Below the pieces are notes generated by a model, which worked only from the letters and a program-made list of their open reading frames with translations, searched no databases and had not been told where the DNA came from. The position numbers were made by a program, and so were the translations under genes. From Cycas panzhihuaensis (taxonomy: Eukaryota; Plantae; Cycadophyta), in NCBI GenBank assembly GCA_023213395.1, contig CM041465.1:136779741-136843740 (forward strand): a stretch of DNA of 64,000 nt. The letters run 5' to 3'. This document shows, piece after piece, positions 12,900 to 27,189 of the stretch. Every line of letters begins with the position of its first letter. Within the stretch, counting starts at the first letter, position 1.

Positions 12900-13092
12900 G
12901 TATTTTACTCTCGCACAGGCAGAATAGTGGATAAATAAGTGGATGCTGTTCTGGTTGATTTGTTCAATCTATCAATAATTCTGTGGCTGGCCTTTGGTTT
13001 TGAAAACTTTTTTGCTTTTGATGGATATCCCATGTCCATGCTTTGTTCCTATTGAAGAGATATATAATAAATCATTTTTTTGTACTGCCCAG

Positions 13093-13353
13093 GACCAGCT
13101 ACATGAATACCTTGGCTTGATGCAAGCCATTCACACTGCTTTCACTGATCGATCTAATGCTTTATTAACTGTGCAAACCCTTATGTCTGAGCTAGCTTCA
13201 ATGAACTCTCGGGTTGAAACTCTAGCAGCTGCATCCTCAAAAATATTTGGGGGAGATAAAATTAGGAATCATAAAGTGGAGGACCTAAAGGATACGATAA
13301 AAATTACAGAGGAGGCACGAGATTGTGCCATAAGAGAATATGAACGCATCAAG
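13093..13353 (+). CDS. SNX2: SNX2 coding exon 3 (BAR domain); the gene continues beyond the window
   Basis: Acceptor ttttttgtactgcccag|GAC; translates DQLHEYLGLM...DRSNALLTVQTL...SKIFGGDK...REYERIK; donor AAG|GTAAAT; 261 bp, no stop codon. Confidence 0.93.
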
Positions 13354-14612
13354 GTAAATGTTTTTAAGTTTGATGCAATTGTTTCCTTTTTCCTGCTTCT
13401 ATATCTAAATATTATCATAAAGGGCTGTTGGTATCCCTTGAGCAATTGTGAAAAGCTTGCTTATATGCAGTATGCAGCTTGACTTTTATGCTGGGATTTC
13501 ATGTAAACCAAAATTGCATTAGGTTAGACGTTGAATGGTACTGGTAATGCTTAAACATATAATGACACATTACAGCAGGTGCAGAAATTTACTTCAGCAA
13601 AATGGCCTCTTAGACCAATATTATTGTTTTCTGAGGTTACCATGGCTTGTGGATATGTGGGTCCAGAATGTCTGCAGATTTTTCTTTATTTATGTTTATT
13701 GCCTTTAAGATCCAAAGCTTGGAAAAGAAGCTTTTTCTTCTATGTCCAAGTCCAGTTCACCATGCTGCTGCATTTGATACCCCACTTCTCCCCCCAAAAG
13801 AAAAAGGTGAAAAGAAACAAAAACCACTGCTTCAAGCCCGCAGATGTCCCTGTTCGGCAATACAGGTCAGAAGCTGCCTTCCATGTTCTCTATCTATCCT
13901 TTTTCCATCCAATTTTGTAACAAACCTTTTGAAGTTATACCTTTTGTAACACATCTTTTGTTTTGGAGGCATGCACGGGGAATGAATATTCCTTCTCTAA
14001 TCCTTCAGTTAACATGAATTTGCACCAAGCATTCTGAAGAAGCCAAGCCTTTTAATAGAGGAGGAGAATAATAACAACTATGAGCATCTCAACAGCATCC
14101 CTTGCCTAGTTATGTGTTTTTGGTATGTAAACATACACAGTTATACCAGGTAAGAAACGCTGTGAGCAACCTTTGAAATGTTTCTGCAACAATGGCCAAT
14201 GTTACTGACATATTTTGGTTGATTACATTCTCAGGTAGGATCAATCAAGGTCAGGCTTTAAGTTTATTATAATCCTACAAACAGTAGTTTTCTCAAAGGA
14301 ATCCTAGTTTAACCAAAAGAGCTTGATTTTCTCCCATTGCATTTCTGGAAAGAGCCTATTTTAAGATTCCTCCAAGAAAATACTAATATGTGGATATACA
14401 TCCCCAATATACCCTTTTTTTCAGTTTTTTCATTTTTTTCGTGTTCTTGTAGATGTTTGAATACTTGTGTTATAAATATTCTGAATCACTTACATCATCC
14501 AGAACAAAAGATGATTAGCCTCATTACAACTATTGATCCCTATACCCTATTGGAGCTTCCACCTTTTTTTTTTTGCGGACCCTATGCAGCATATTCCCTA
14601 TCTCCACTTTCA

Positions 14613-17278
14613 TGTTAGATTTTCCAGGTTTGATATCATCATAAGGACAACTATCAAACACCTTACAAATGCCACTAGATCTAAACACAATAATATGAAG
14701 CATTCATCATTAAGATTGATTTATATCACATGATTATCGCAAGAGCATACAATCACCAGTAATGAACAATAAATGAACATCAAACATTCAATATAGAGAC
14801 ACAAAGTTTAATGTGGTAAAATCTTAAGATGAGGAAATATCCACTTTAAAATATATGAGATCTCATTATTGAAGATATTCAGTAAGTACATGATGAGACC
14901 ACACTAGGTTCCATTGAGGAGGCACTAGGTGTATTCATGAGCTACAATGAATATGGTGTGTTCTTATATAGACATATTTCACGTCATTAACGACCAATGA
15001 GGTTACACTGATTATCCACCAATGAGATATGTGTGAGAACCTTAACAACAACCAATCAAATGAGAGTTTGTACAACAATTAATGTTGCCCATAACTTACA
15101 AGTTGAGAGTATGTGTAAGGTCTAATGACCCCACGAGAATATTACCGCTAGACATTATTCAATAACTTCCATGGATTGACCAAAACATTACTTTCTAACA
15201 CTTCCCCTTAATGTTTAATCAATGTGTTGTCACATCACCAACTTGTCTTCCTATTAAGCTACTTCACGCACTCTTTCTATTTGTGCTTGTCCTTTTTCTT
15301 TAGCACTTGAGAAGAAATTTGTCTTCGCCTTGCTTGGAAACAACATTGGGCTCATGTCCTTATAAAGTAATGTTGCCTTGGGTGACTACCTACATCTCAA
15401 TCAAGTTAACAAAGCACAATAATCTTGCAATCTATCCTTTGCAATTTTGTTGTCATGAATTCATTGCACAATTTCAATTGGTGAAAAACTCAAATGCAAT
15501 GATAAAATGAAATACAAAACAACCATATGTAAAATACAATCTTGCATTCATGTGACATCTCTCATGCTTATCCTTGTTGCTGGTACACATGGCTACCTAT
15601 ATAACTAAATTCACTTGCAAGTTTGTTCCACTTGATGTGAGAAAAGATTGTTTAGAAACTTGTTAAATACTCTATCTTTGACCTTGTGCAGAAGCATAAA
15701 TGATAGCTCAACTCCTTCACCTTTTATTCTTTGGAGCTTTTCCTAGTTGTATTCCTTCACAACTAGTTCATCGGAGTTGATCAACACCTTTTGCATATAA
15801 GAGATCACACATGCAACATCCTTATAGTTTGCATCCATCACCAAGTTGCATGGATAACTTGTCGCTACGTTTTCCGCTTATTAGGATGCATTCTAGATAC
15901 GAGGTTTATTGCTAGTGATTTCTTATATTTGGAATCAAATTTGCTTCACTTAACCATGTAATCCATCAATTTGAGACAGAAAATGTCATTAATAACTTTG
16001 ATTTCACCATATCAAAGAACCATTTGTAATTGATGCAACTTCACTACAATTTATCAACAAATATTGCAAATAGGTAATTGGCATAAGGTGGTTTCTTTAC
16101 ATTTTGAATTCTGTTCTAAGCATATTGAATTGATTAAAGGCTACTTTTCAATCAGAAAAAAATTTCAGCAACCAAACAATAGAACTTTCTCTTTTTTCAT
16201 CATTAAATAAGGTTTTCTCTATCCCTAAAAAATGCATTAAATGCTTGAAATGTTTGATATGAGCCAACTCATTCCTTTTGGAGTTTTTCCTCACTCAAAA
16301 AAATGCATCAATTAAAATCACAAATGCATGATGGAACCATCGACCTAAACATTGAGTGTAAACATGCCTTCAGAAAATCTCAAATGAAGAACCTACAAAA
16401 CTCATCAATTTTTACCTCAACACTTTCAATGATAAAAAGTGGTGTCAAGTATTTATCAATGGGATTTGTGTAACTAGTGAACTCGAAGCCCTTTGAACCC
16501 TTTTTTCATTGCAACTGATAGTTTCAATTTTGGACTTCATACGATGAAGTTATGAAGTAAAATGTGATGATAACTTATTATAAATTTCATTTGAATCAAG
16601 AATTAAATTTAATTTGGTAACTTAACACCTTTTTCACTTGAGGGTCTTGGTCACATGAATTGTGCATGTGATCGACAAACTCTAACAAAACATTAAAATC
16701 AACTTAATTTAATAAATTTTAGACAAATTAAATTTGCCAAAGTTGATTTTTTCTCAACAAAATTTTGTGGGTAGGTGCGTTTACCAATGTTTAGCAGGCA
16801 ACGATTCTTCTCTTTGATCTCCTCTTCACATATGGCAACGACTATGTTTGGCACCTGCAATGCCCTCCGCACTGTGGTTGACCCACAGGCTTACTAGCAT
16901 GTAATCCACGTAAAAGCTTTTTACGTTGCTCACTATGGCGTCACATCTCATGACGTCATTGGTTGGTTTTGGTAGGTAGATATGGACTCGCTCTCTCGTG
17001 ATCATTTGCGATCACTTTCTACGATCTGCAAATGCTTAAATCACATATCCATGCTTCAACCACCCTTTATAACATGTCGAACACTAAAAAATTGTTGTTG
17101 GGAGGCACCCAACATGGCTTAAATGTGCCTAGCACAAACTTAATTTGCCCAACAGATCTTCCCAACCATGATTGCATGTATCTGAGTTTATTTGGCATTC
17201 CCCACAATGGGTTTTTTTTTCTCTTGCATGTGGTCCCTCTGCGACCTCATGTCCTTCCTCTACAATTCGAGTTTATCT
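14613..17278 (-). mobile_element. Old copia-type element: 3' LTR (14613-15200), PPT and decayed internal region
   Basis: TGTTAG...CTAACA termini; adjacent cttccccttaatgttt is the rc of a copia PPT (aaacattaaggggaag). Interior very degraded; gag-like remnants at ~23700-24290 and ~27195-27260 may belong to it. Confidence 0.55.
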
Positions 17279-20200
17279 TGTAGCATTCCTAAAATAATAA
17301 AAGGAAGTTGGTTTTATAAGGGAATTTATTATGGTGAAGTTGGTTTTTAGAAGAAGAATCATTTATTTTATTTTATTATGAAGTCAGTTTTTTGGAGGAA
17401 AAAAAATAAAGAGGGTAGTTTTAAAGGCTATAAATAGAGTAGCCTTCCTCATTTGTAAAGGATCTTGGAGAATTTCTTTTTTGAAGGAATAATGGCCTAG
17501 AGGGTTACTCTCACCTCGAAGAAGGGTCAATATTGCTGAACATTTTATCAGGTGCTATCATTCTGTTAATACTATTTCCTATTGTTTACATATGTTGCTG
17601 TTATCTCTATATAATGATATATATCTCTACTGAATGGTATTATAAGAGTTATGTCTTTTGTGAATGCGAAAAATATTGGAAAATCATTGCTGTAATCTGC
17701 TAGCCTCATTGTTTGGATAAATATTATTTGTGTGAATATATGCCAATATCTCGTTATTTGCTAGACATATTGCTTTGTCTATTGTTTTTCTGTTTGGCCC
17801 TCTACAACTAGTATCAGAGCTATGTTTGGAGGAATTTTTATCGAGGTTTGTACATGATTGAACCAGTTTGCACGAATTGTAGACAAGTTGATGAAGGAAA
17901 CTTATTACGAGACCCTTTGAGAATTTAGTAACCCTTAAGGGTATTTATTGTTCACTGCAGGATAGACTAGAGCCTTTAACTGGTGATTGCTTTACCTTTG
18001 CTGCCACATCAATTGTCCCATAAGCAAGCAACCAAATATTACGAAGAGAGGCCATAGGGGAAGCTGGAGTGGAAATTGGAGCCACATTTCCTATTGCCAT
18101 AGAATTGACAAATGGTGTCCCAATTGTACTTGACTAGCTGAATTAAGTGAATTCTCTGCAATGGAGACTGCAGGAAATAAGGATGAAAGATTTAGTTGTT
18201 GGCCGTAGTTGGTCCTGGTCCAGAAATTGAGTGCTATCTTTAGAGATTCGACGTTGTTGGAGAAGTGGTCATGTAAGATGGAGACAATTGTGCAAGAAAA
18301 ATCCCCATCTGCTATGGATGATATCTGCACTAAGGTCGCAAACTCTGGAGCTATCCATCAAATCCATCAAAGTGCAAATCGCCCTGCGCATCATCCTTGG
18401 CAGTACCTTAAGCTTCCTCAATTTTCTGGCCAGGGGCATCTTCTGCATTTTCGGATGATCACCAATTGAGCGTGTTGTGACAAAGGAATTAAATCAGAGA
18501 ACAAAGCTAGACTGTGCCTAGCATCAAAGACTCCCACCATGCAAGATCACAGGCGAAATGACTGTTGGCAATGAATTTAACAAGTGATATCCACAATCAA
18601 CGCAAAGATTAGTCAGAAAGAGTTGCCTGCGGAAAGAGGGGCACTGAAGTATCACCAAGCAACCAATTGGGAATATCGCCTAATGTCATCGCGAGCCAAA
18701 TTACAATCATCATCTGGGTTAGAATCTGGAGCAATGCGAAGAGGATAAAGTCGTATGTCGATTTGTGAATCAACATCATGGAACCACAACAGAGTAAATG
18801 CAAAATCGAGCAATGTGACTTTCATGGAAAAAAAAAAATTCTGAAGTCTTATACATTTAATTATATTTGAATTTTGGTTGGAATTCGCTAGGCCCTTTAT
18901 CATTGAGTGGGTGGTTTTGGTGAGATTTCGTATGATCTAGGGCTAAGTTTAAAAGGGGACTAAAAAATTTTTAATTAATTTTATTTTTTTAAGTTTAATT
19001 TTTTAAATAGGATACGTGGACGTTTTTTGTCTATATCTCGAGCTGTAGGTGTTAGATTACAGTGCCGCCTGAATCGTTGGATTCTTGGTTCAAAGTCAAT
19101 CGTTATGAGTGGTCATATGTGATAGTTTTGACTAGTAGAGAAAATAGTTTTTTTTATCATTGAAGTGCAACCTTCATTGAGTAAGAGAAATGGAGACATT
19201 TTTTTTTAATCTAGAGGATTGTGATGACATAAAAAATTGGATTGAAGACTTCAATTTCACGCATGATATAGAATTTGAAATGTATGGACAAATATTAGAA
19301 ATGATATTAAACGGACAAGCTTATAGTGGTTTATTAATTGGGCAATAGAACCTTTCTTATGGTATTAGTTTTCAGATGCGGCTATTGCAACTTTCAAGAC
19401 GCATAAGCAAGATAAAAGTCAAGCAGAAGAAGAAGGACAAGAAGGAGAAACTTTTAATGAGATCCTAGAGGTTTTGCAAGAACTAGAATAAGACCAGCGC
19501 AGAAGGAACAACATGATTACATAGAAGACTCAAAGTAGGCACATGCAACAAAAGAGTCTCACGTCAATATTAAAGAAGACAACGAAGAGCAAGTGAAGGA
19601 CAAACTAGATTTTGAAGAAGAAACTCAACAAACTTCATGCAAGGTACTTATTGATCCTATGTTACACATGCACATTTCTTTTGGTAGCATCATCTGTCCT
19701 CTCTCTTTTCCTCGCTCAATAGCTATAACAAAAATTTCTTTTCCAAATCTCATAGTTAGCCATAATCATAATTCCCTTAGTTCTAGTTTTTTCGTAGGAC
19801 AAATCCTAGTTCTTCTTTGCAATCCTAGTTCATCTCTTTACTTACGTACTCCTTCACCCCCAGTAAACCATTCTCAATTGGATATTCTTCAACTTCGATT
19901 TGCTCATCAGGTTTTATCGCTTAGTATTACCCCTCAAAAACCCTGTCCGACTTTTACTAAGCCTCTTTAATTTCATATTATCAATACTTTTTTTCCCATT
20001 AAATCTTTTCTTTTGTTTAAATACCATTCCTAAAAACCTATTAAAGACTTTTTTTCATAAAGAATGTCTATCGTTGATTCCCCATCCATTTGTCCCTCCC
20101 AAAAAATGTTGTGGTCCAACAAAACCTGCACAAAGTTTCATCTCCATCCAAGGCAAATAAGAAATTTATTCTTTCTTCCTACACCTTTAATACTATGCCT

Positions 20201-21149
20201 GATCTTAGTTCATAACCCCATTTCTTCTTTTCCTTTTCACAATAAGCAATCGTCAATCCATGATACTTACGATCAATTCTTTTTAGAAAATCCTCACTTC
20301 TTTTATAAACCATTCCAATTGAAAACAAAATGTGTAAACACAAGGCAAGGCTAGGGTGAGACATCTGAGGCACCTCATAGGTTCGAGGATCCTTTCGATA
20401 TATAACAAGATACAACATGTACCTGGTCGCAGGAACAAACATTGACAAACTCAAGATGCTTGTCAACAAAGTTTCACGGAAGATGCACGTTCAAGCCAAA
20501 TCTTTATGACATAGGATCTAGTAGGTGGCAGTTGGAAGAAAATCATCAAGACTATACTAGAAAAATCCGTAATACTTTGAGGGTGAAGTATTATTTTAAG
20601 GGGAGGGGAATTGTAGCATTCCTAAAATGATAAAGGGAAGTCAGTTTTATAAGGGAATTTATTATGGTGAAGTCAATTTTTAGAAGAAGAATCATTTATT
20701 TCATTTTATTATGAAGTCGATTTTTTGGAGGAAAAAAAATAAGAGGGTAGTTTTGAAGGCTATAAATAGAGTAGCCTCCCTCATTTGTAAAGAATCTTGG
20801 AGAATTTCTTTTTTGAAGGTATAATGGCCTCGTGCATGCTGGAGGGTCGCTCTTGCCTCGAAGATGGATCAATATTGTTGGACGTTCCATCAGGTGCTAT
20901 CATTTTGTTAATATTATTTCCTATTGTTTACATATACTGCTGTTATCTCTGCATGAATGATATATATCTCTGTTGAATGGTATTATAAGAGTTATGTCTG
21001 TTGTGAATGTGAAAAATATTGGAAAATCACTGCTGTAATCTGCTAGCCTCATTGTTTGGATAAATATTATCTGTGTGAATATATGCCAATATCCCGTTAT
21101 CTATTGGACATATTGCTTCTGTCTACTATTTTTCTATTTGGCCGCTATA
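17279..21149 (+). mobile_element. Non-autonomous (pol-less) gypsy-type LTR retrotransposon, 3.87 kb
   Basis: LTRs 17279-17806 and 20612-21149; PBS tagtatcagagc; PPT aaggggaggggaat; TSD TATCT on both sides. No RT/INT in the interior; only a decayed gag-like stretch at ~19190-19640. Confidence 0.88.
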
Positions 21150-22217
21150 TATCTTCTCAATGTTGTATCTTTGTAACTAATTGGGCTTGTCTTTGTTCTT
21201 CCTCCACACAATTGACACCTAATGGAGCAAGTCCAACAATGCAAAAGGTTAAAAAAAAAGGCTAGTCTTTTCGACTTATGTTCTATGGTTTGCCTCTAGT
21301 GATAACAACACCCATGAACGAATGGCTCAGTTTCGTAATTCTGCTCATGCCTCTCTTGCGATTTGCCATGACTGCAGTGGTTGGTCAATGTTCAGTCTTC
21401 CCAACTCTACAATTTATGGTGGACACCTTGTGAGCTTTAAATATATGCTCCTTCGTGCTCCTTCCTATACTTAGGTCTTTTTCCTGCTACAAACTATAGT
21501 CTAGGGTGCTCTCCTTTTATTCTGTGAGGAGCTTCTTCATCATATGATGTTCTTCTTGGTTACGAATGCCTGCTAATAGACCTATTCATGAATTCACTGT
21601 TACGTCTCATGGATGCAAGTTTTAATGTCTTAACTAACATTTTTCACAGTTCGGAATTGCCTACTATTTTGTTCCTTCAATTGATGAAAGGAAATAGTTT
21701 GTTCAATTTATCCCACAAACAAATGTTTCCACATAATTGATCTGCAGGTATTTTGCATTTAAACCAAGATCTTCAACCTTCTATAATTTCTCTCTAGGGT
21801 TTGTGTACTGCCTTTTGATTACTTTGCTACCTTGTCAATGGCTGAAAATGCCATCAACTAGCTCATATGCTCCTACACAAAGTTGTTTGATTGGTGCTAT
21901 TGACTTGCTATTTGCTCCGCCATTATTTCATTGTCCTATGAATTGATCACTGTTTGCTATCTTCAATTGGTGAACGAATCAACAACCCATTTGATGCCTA
22001 AATGCTTAGACTGCTTTAATCCTGCACACGATAGATTTTTAGAAATTCTTCCCCTTAAATTTTTGATTTATTTAAGAATTGGTCTGTGATGATTTTCAAA
22101 ATTGATCTAAAAGTTTCAACTATTGTTTTTCCAAACCCTTCATCAACAATTGCCGTTGTTGGGCTAGCTTGCTACAAGCAAAAAAAAATTCAATGCACCT
22201 TTAAGATCGAGAATCGA

Positions 22218-22775
22218 TGTAGCATTCCAAAATCTGGTCAAAACTATACCATGTGACCATTCAAATCAAAGGTCTCTAAAGCAGGATTCCAATGGTTCAA
22301 AGGAAAGTCAATTCCGACATCTATAGCAAAAGTTATGGTTGTTTAAAGTTTTTAGCTTGTTAGTTTTTTTGGGAAAGTTCTGGCCGACTTCTAGTGTTGG
22401 TTTTGGGTGGGTTTATACCCTTTTTTTGGCCAACTTATGTTAGTATCTTTTGGCCGCCTATTTAAGGAAGATTTGGGGCCTCATTTGGGCATCTTAGAGC
22501 CTAGTTTGGATTGCTGAAAATTCAGCCTTAAGGCTGCTATTTGCTCACCCTTAGGGCTGCACTATTTGGAGAGAACCTCACCTCGAAGAGGGTAGTAATA
22601 GTAAGAGCATGTTGGCATCTATATCATCCAGTTTCTCCTCCTTCTTTAACAATACGTATCGCTGCCCTTGTATATAGATTTTAGCTATATTTTGGAAGCA
22701 TTATTTTCCTTGTTCCAACTCTTTTCATCTCCAATTTGTGTCAAGAGATCCGATATGTGTGATCAAAGCACTTCA
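22218..22775 (+). repeat. Probable solo gypsy LTR
   Basis: Starts TGTAGCATTCC and ends GCACTTCA; shares aacctcacctcgaagaggg and tatttaag motifs with the other chromovirus LTRs here. No TSD match. Confidence 0.5.
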
Positions 22776-24291
22776 TACTTCTAGCAGAGTTGTTATTTTC
22801 AAAAGATTTTTCCAGGAGATTTCGGAACAAGCAAAAATTGTTGCTTCAATCAATCTCTTTATCTCACCTTTATAATTGATTTGTTTTAAGTGGTTATACA
22901 TTACATGCTTTGAGACATTTTCAGATTTCTGAAAACTAGAAAATTTTTGAATAGAATTTAATTAAATAAAACTTGGCAAAATGTACAACTCTTGGCATTA
23001 AACACCAACTAATTTCCTCGTTAATTTTCTTCCTTTAAAATTTTTGCAATTGAATTTTCATGGTAGTATGTAACTTGGTGTATTCATCGCTGGCAACATA
23101 TAGCATTCAAAAACTGAATTTTAACATACAAACCTACTTTTCACCACTTATTTGAGTTGCCTATAGGGTTTGAGCTTCCTCTTCAACTCTATTGAATTAC
23201 ATAATTGGTTTAACTGTTGAATGGCCTCTTCATTCCTGTCATCATATGCTTTTGTCTCCATGCCTGAATTTGGTTTAGTACACTTCATAGTTGTAAATTT
23301 ATCTTTAACATCAAATAAAGTTTGCATATTATTGAGCCATACTTCTAGTTTTCTACAACATATTGGGCAATACTTTACCACAAGGGTTTCATGGACTTAT
23401 TGAACATATTGCTTGCATCTACTACTACCTTCTACCGAAGTGCTCCTCCTCCTTTGATCATTCAAATTGGTTGACCTTTCAAACATATTTGGGACACTTG
23501 GTATCCAACTCATCAATAGTAATCTTCCATGGACATCTTTAATTTGTTTTGTGAGATTCTCATTGAACAACAACAAAACACATCTTAATTTATAGATTGA
23601 TTCATAATATCTCACAAAGAAAATATTTATGTTTACTTCTAAATTGAAGTGCTTCCCAAATAGAGTGGGGATCCCTTTTAACATGTCATTGAGACTTCAT
23701 ACTTATTGAACTTGTAAACATGCCAATATTGCCTTGCTATGCCCATAACCATCTCACCCACCTTGTGAAACTCTGTCCATGCTTGCCCAACAAATTTCAA
23801 CAATTTATACTCACCTTCACATTTGAATACATATTGTAGAATTGGCTTTTATTAGACTTCTTTTACACTATACCAGCTTTTTCTCTCCTTTGGTGTTCTT
23901 CACAACTGTTGCTATTTTCAGATTCTTCACAAATGGTGCCATCTTCATAATTTGTTTGAAATGAGAATCTCTTTTTGAACTTTGCATTACAGGCCTATAG
24001 CCTATTTCAACTTATATCGAGGCTTTGCACCCAATCTTTCGACAATGAATCTTTCTTTGAGGACACTTGCAATTGCCTTCAGAGTGTCTCTTGTTTTGGA
24101 CAACCTACACAAGACAATGGTGAAGATCGTCACCATGTGTGCATGCATTCCACAACAAAGACTTCTCTTCTCATGGCACTTCCTGATGGTACTAACTCTT
24201 GCTTACACTTGTAGTATACTAACGAATGTCAGTTTGCCCTTGCAAGGTGATCAAGCCTGCATGGGAGCTTGCATCTCATTTGCAACTTACA

Positions 24292-27189
24292 TGTTAGAAC
24301 CTTTATGTTTTATTGTTAAGTTATGTATTATGTAAGGCTATTTTTCTCTTGATGTGTAAAGTATACACCTGCACTTCTCTAGTGTTATATGTTGTAACTT
24401 ATGGGTCAATGGACCTTTTATCCTCTTTTTGCATATTTCTACATATGCACGCATACTGGACACTTGTCCAATATGCAAGTTACTTACATGAATGTTTGAT
24501 ACTTGTCAAACAACACCCCTAAGGGGAGCCTTTTTGTCTATATATTGAGACCATTTTCTCATGTATATATAGTGAGAGTGGGATGTATTGTTATGCTATT
24601 GAGTTGAACACAAGTTAACCTTATTGGAGTTAGGATCAATTCTTTTTCCTTCATTTCATATTGTGTTGATGTGCTTGTGCATTTCTAGTTTATTATTGAT
24701 GTTGTTCATCTCTATCTAGTCCTTCATTGTCCCAAAATGATCCACCTTCATTATCTTGATATTAGAGCAAGGTTACTATTCCATACACACCATGACAAAA
24801 TGGGGTAGTGGAGAGAAAGAACAGAATTATTGTAAGCAAAGCTAAGCAGATGACGCATGCTAAAAGTCTTATGCAGTCATATTGGGCAGAGGCATTTCAC
24901 ACAACTATCTATGTCATAAATAGGAGCTCCACAACTGTGGTCTAGGATATGACACCAAAGGAGGTTTGGACTAGCATAAAGCTAATTGTCAGCCATTTAT
25001 TCACAGGGGAGGGACTTGTTACAATCCCTAATGCCCCCCTATCTTGACCAGTTATAGCCTGTCTTCTAGCCGACTTTAGTTGGACCAAAGGGTCCCCAGT
25101 ATTGACCGACTTCTTACCTTTATTTTGGCCGACCTCATTTATGATTCATCTAGGGAATTGTCTCAATTCTGGCCAACTTCCTTTAGAATGTTGAGTACCA
25201 GTATATATAGGGGTTGAAGTTCCCATTCTAGCCCATCATTCAGGACTTATTCTTCTTGGCATTAACTCGGCTTTAGGACTATAGTTAGCTTGCTCATTGG
25301 GTTGCATTTTCTAGAGATAACCTTGCCTTAGTAAGGGTTAGTCATCTCAGACATTATATTGGGTGAATTAGACGTGTTGAGATCTGTATTAACTAGCCCT
25401 ATGGATTGCATTTCTCATCATCATAATTGGTTTATTACTGTTGTTAATACTTCAATATTGTACCTTTGGTTATCATTAGTAATTATTAGTAAATTCTTCA
25501 TAGAGATTTAGAATAATATCAGTGATAGGAGAAGTTTGGTCTCTACAAGGTATATTTAGAGCAACTCTTAGTTACAAGGAGCATGGCAAAGAGCATATAG
25601 TCTGTTGCTTGAAAAAGGCATTGTATGGCTTAAAGTAGGCCCCACATGCTTGGTATTAAAAAATCGACGATTACTTTGTTAGACATGGGTTTCATTGATC
25701 CTTATTAGATCCAAACTTGTACATAAAAGTTCGGAACTAGTGCATGACCTTTGTCATTTTGTATGTTGATGACTTAGTTGTCACAGGAAGTGATATTAAG
25801 ATGATTGAAAGTCTCCAAGAGGACTTGAAGAGAAGTTTCAAGATGATAGATCTTGGGCTTGTCCACTACTTTTTAGGCATGGAGGTGTGGCAACAACCGA
25901 GCGACATCTTCATTTCCCAAGCCAAATATACTTGGAATATTTTGCAGTGCTTTAGAATAGAGGATTGCAAACCTTCGCCTATACCTATGGAGACTTGCGT
26001 GAAACTGACACTTGATGAGGAAGCACAACTTGTGGATTCCACTTTTTATAGGCAGTTAGTGGGTAGTCTCATCTACTTGACTAACACTAGCTCTGATTTA
26101 TCATATGTTGGAATTTGTTCACAGTACATGTCTCAACCTAATAAGAGGCATTGGAATGTAGTAAAATCTATATTGAGATACTTAAAAGGCACATTGTAGC
26201 ATGGCCTTTAACATATACATAATGAGGACTTCAGTCTAGGAAAGTTTTTAGACTTTGATTGGGTTGGATGCCAAGATAGCTAGATCTATCTCAGGGTACT
26301 ATTTTAACCCTAGGTCAACTATTGTCTCATGGAATTACAAGAAATAACTAAATACACTCTATCCTCCACAAAAACAAAATACAAAGCTGCGGTTAGTGCG
26401 AAATGTGAAGCTATATGGCTAAGGAGGATTTTTAATGAGTTTGGACTTGATAAATCACGCTCCACCAAATTATACTATGACAACCAAAGTGTGCTCAAGA
26501 TGATTAGGAATCCAGTTTTTCATGCAAGAATCAAGCATATCGATGTCTATCACCACTTCATCACAGAGCATGTGTAGAATGGTGAGATTGACCTTGTCTA
26601 CAGGCCAATAGATCAATAGCTTGTAGATATTTTTAGCAAATCACTTGGTAGAGAAAAGTTTGAGCTCTTCAAACATGGCCTTGGGGGAAGAAGACTTAAC
26701 AATGCAAACGTTAAAGGGCGGGGTGTTAGAACTTTTATGTTCTATTGTCAAGTTATCTATTATTTAAGGGTACTTTTTTAGTTAATATGTAAAGTACACA
26801 CCCACATTTTTCTAGTGTTGTATTGTGTTGTAATTTATGGTTCAATGGACCTTTTACCCTTTTTTTGCATATTTGCACATATGCATGCATGTTGGACACT
26901 TGTCCAACATCCAAGGTACTTGTATGCATGTTTGACACTTGTGAAACATGCAACATCCCTAAGGGGAACCTTCTCACCTATATATTAAGACCTTTTTCTC
27001 ATGTATGGGTAGTGAGAGTGGGATGTATTGTTATGCTGTGGAGTTGAATACAAGTTAATCTTATTGGAGCTAGGATCAATTCCTTCTCCTCCATTTCATA
27101 TTGTGCTTATGTGCTTGCTCATTTCTAGGTTGTTGTTGATGCTAATCATCTTTATCTAGTCCTTCATTGTCCCTAAATGATTTTCATCA
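24292..27189 (+). mobile_element. Internally deleted Ty1/copia with both LTRs (24292-24753; 26724-27189)
   Basis: TSD TTACA; degenerate PBS tgatattagagc; integrase remnant (SYWAEAFHT.IYVINRS); RT/RH remnants in ORFs 25744-26199 and 26329-26577; PPT aaagggcgggg. Confidence 0.88.
25005..25547 (+). repeat. Gypsy PPT plus 3' LTR (25017-25547) embedded in the deleted copia
   Basis: ggggagggact|TGTTACAATCCC...CTCTACA; the same PPT occurs at 54245 and 55188. Confidence 0.7.

Noticed and set aside
13579-13949. Overlapping ORFs after exon 3 as the missing SNX2 terminal exon
   Set aside because: No resemblance to the conserved SNX2 C-terminus (E.N..E.ERL...DF..M.KGF..NQVGYAEK).
23148-23684. Minus-strand ORFs as a host gene
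   Set aside because: Short, no splice structure, at best weak gag-like wording (LEVWLNNM); probably TE debris.
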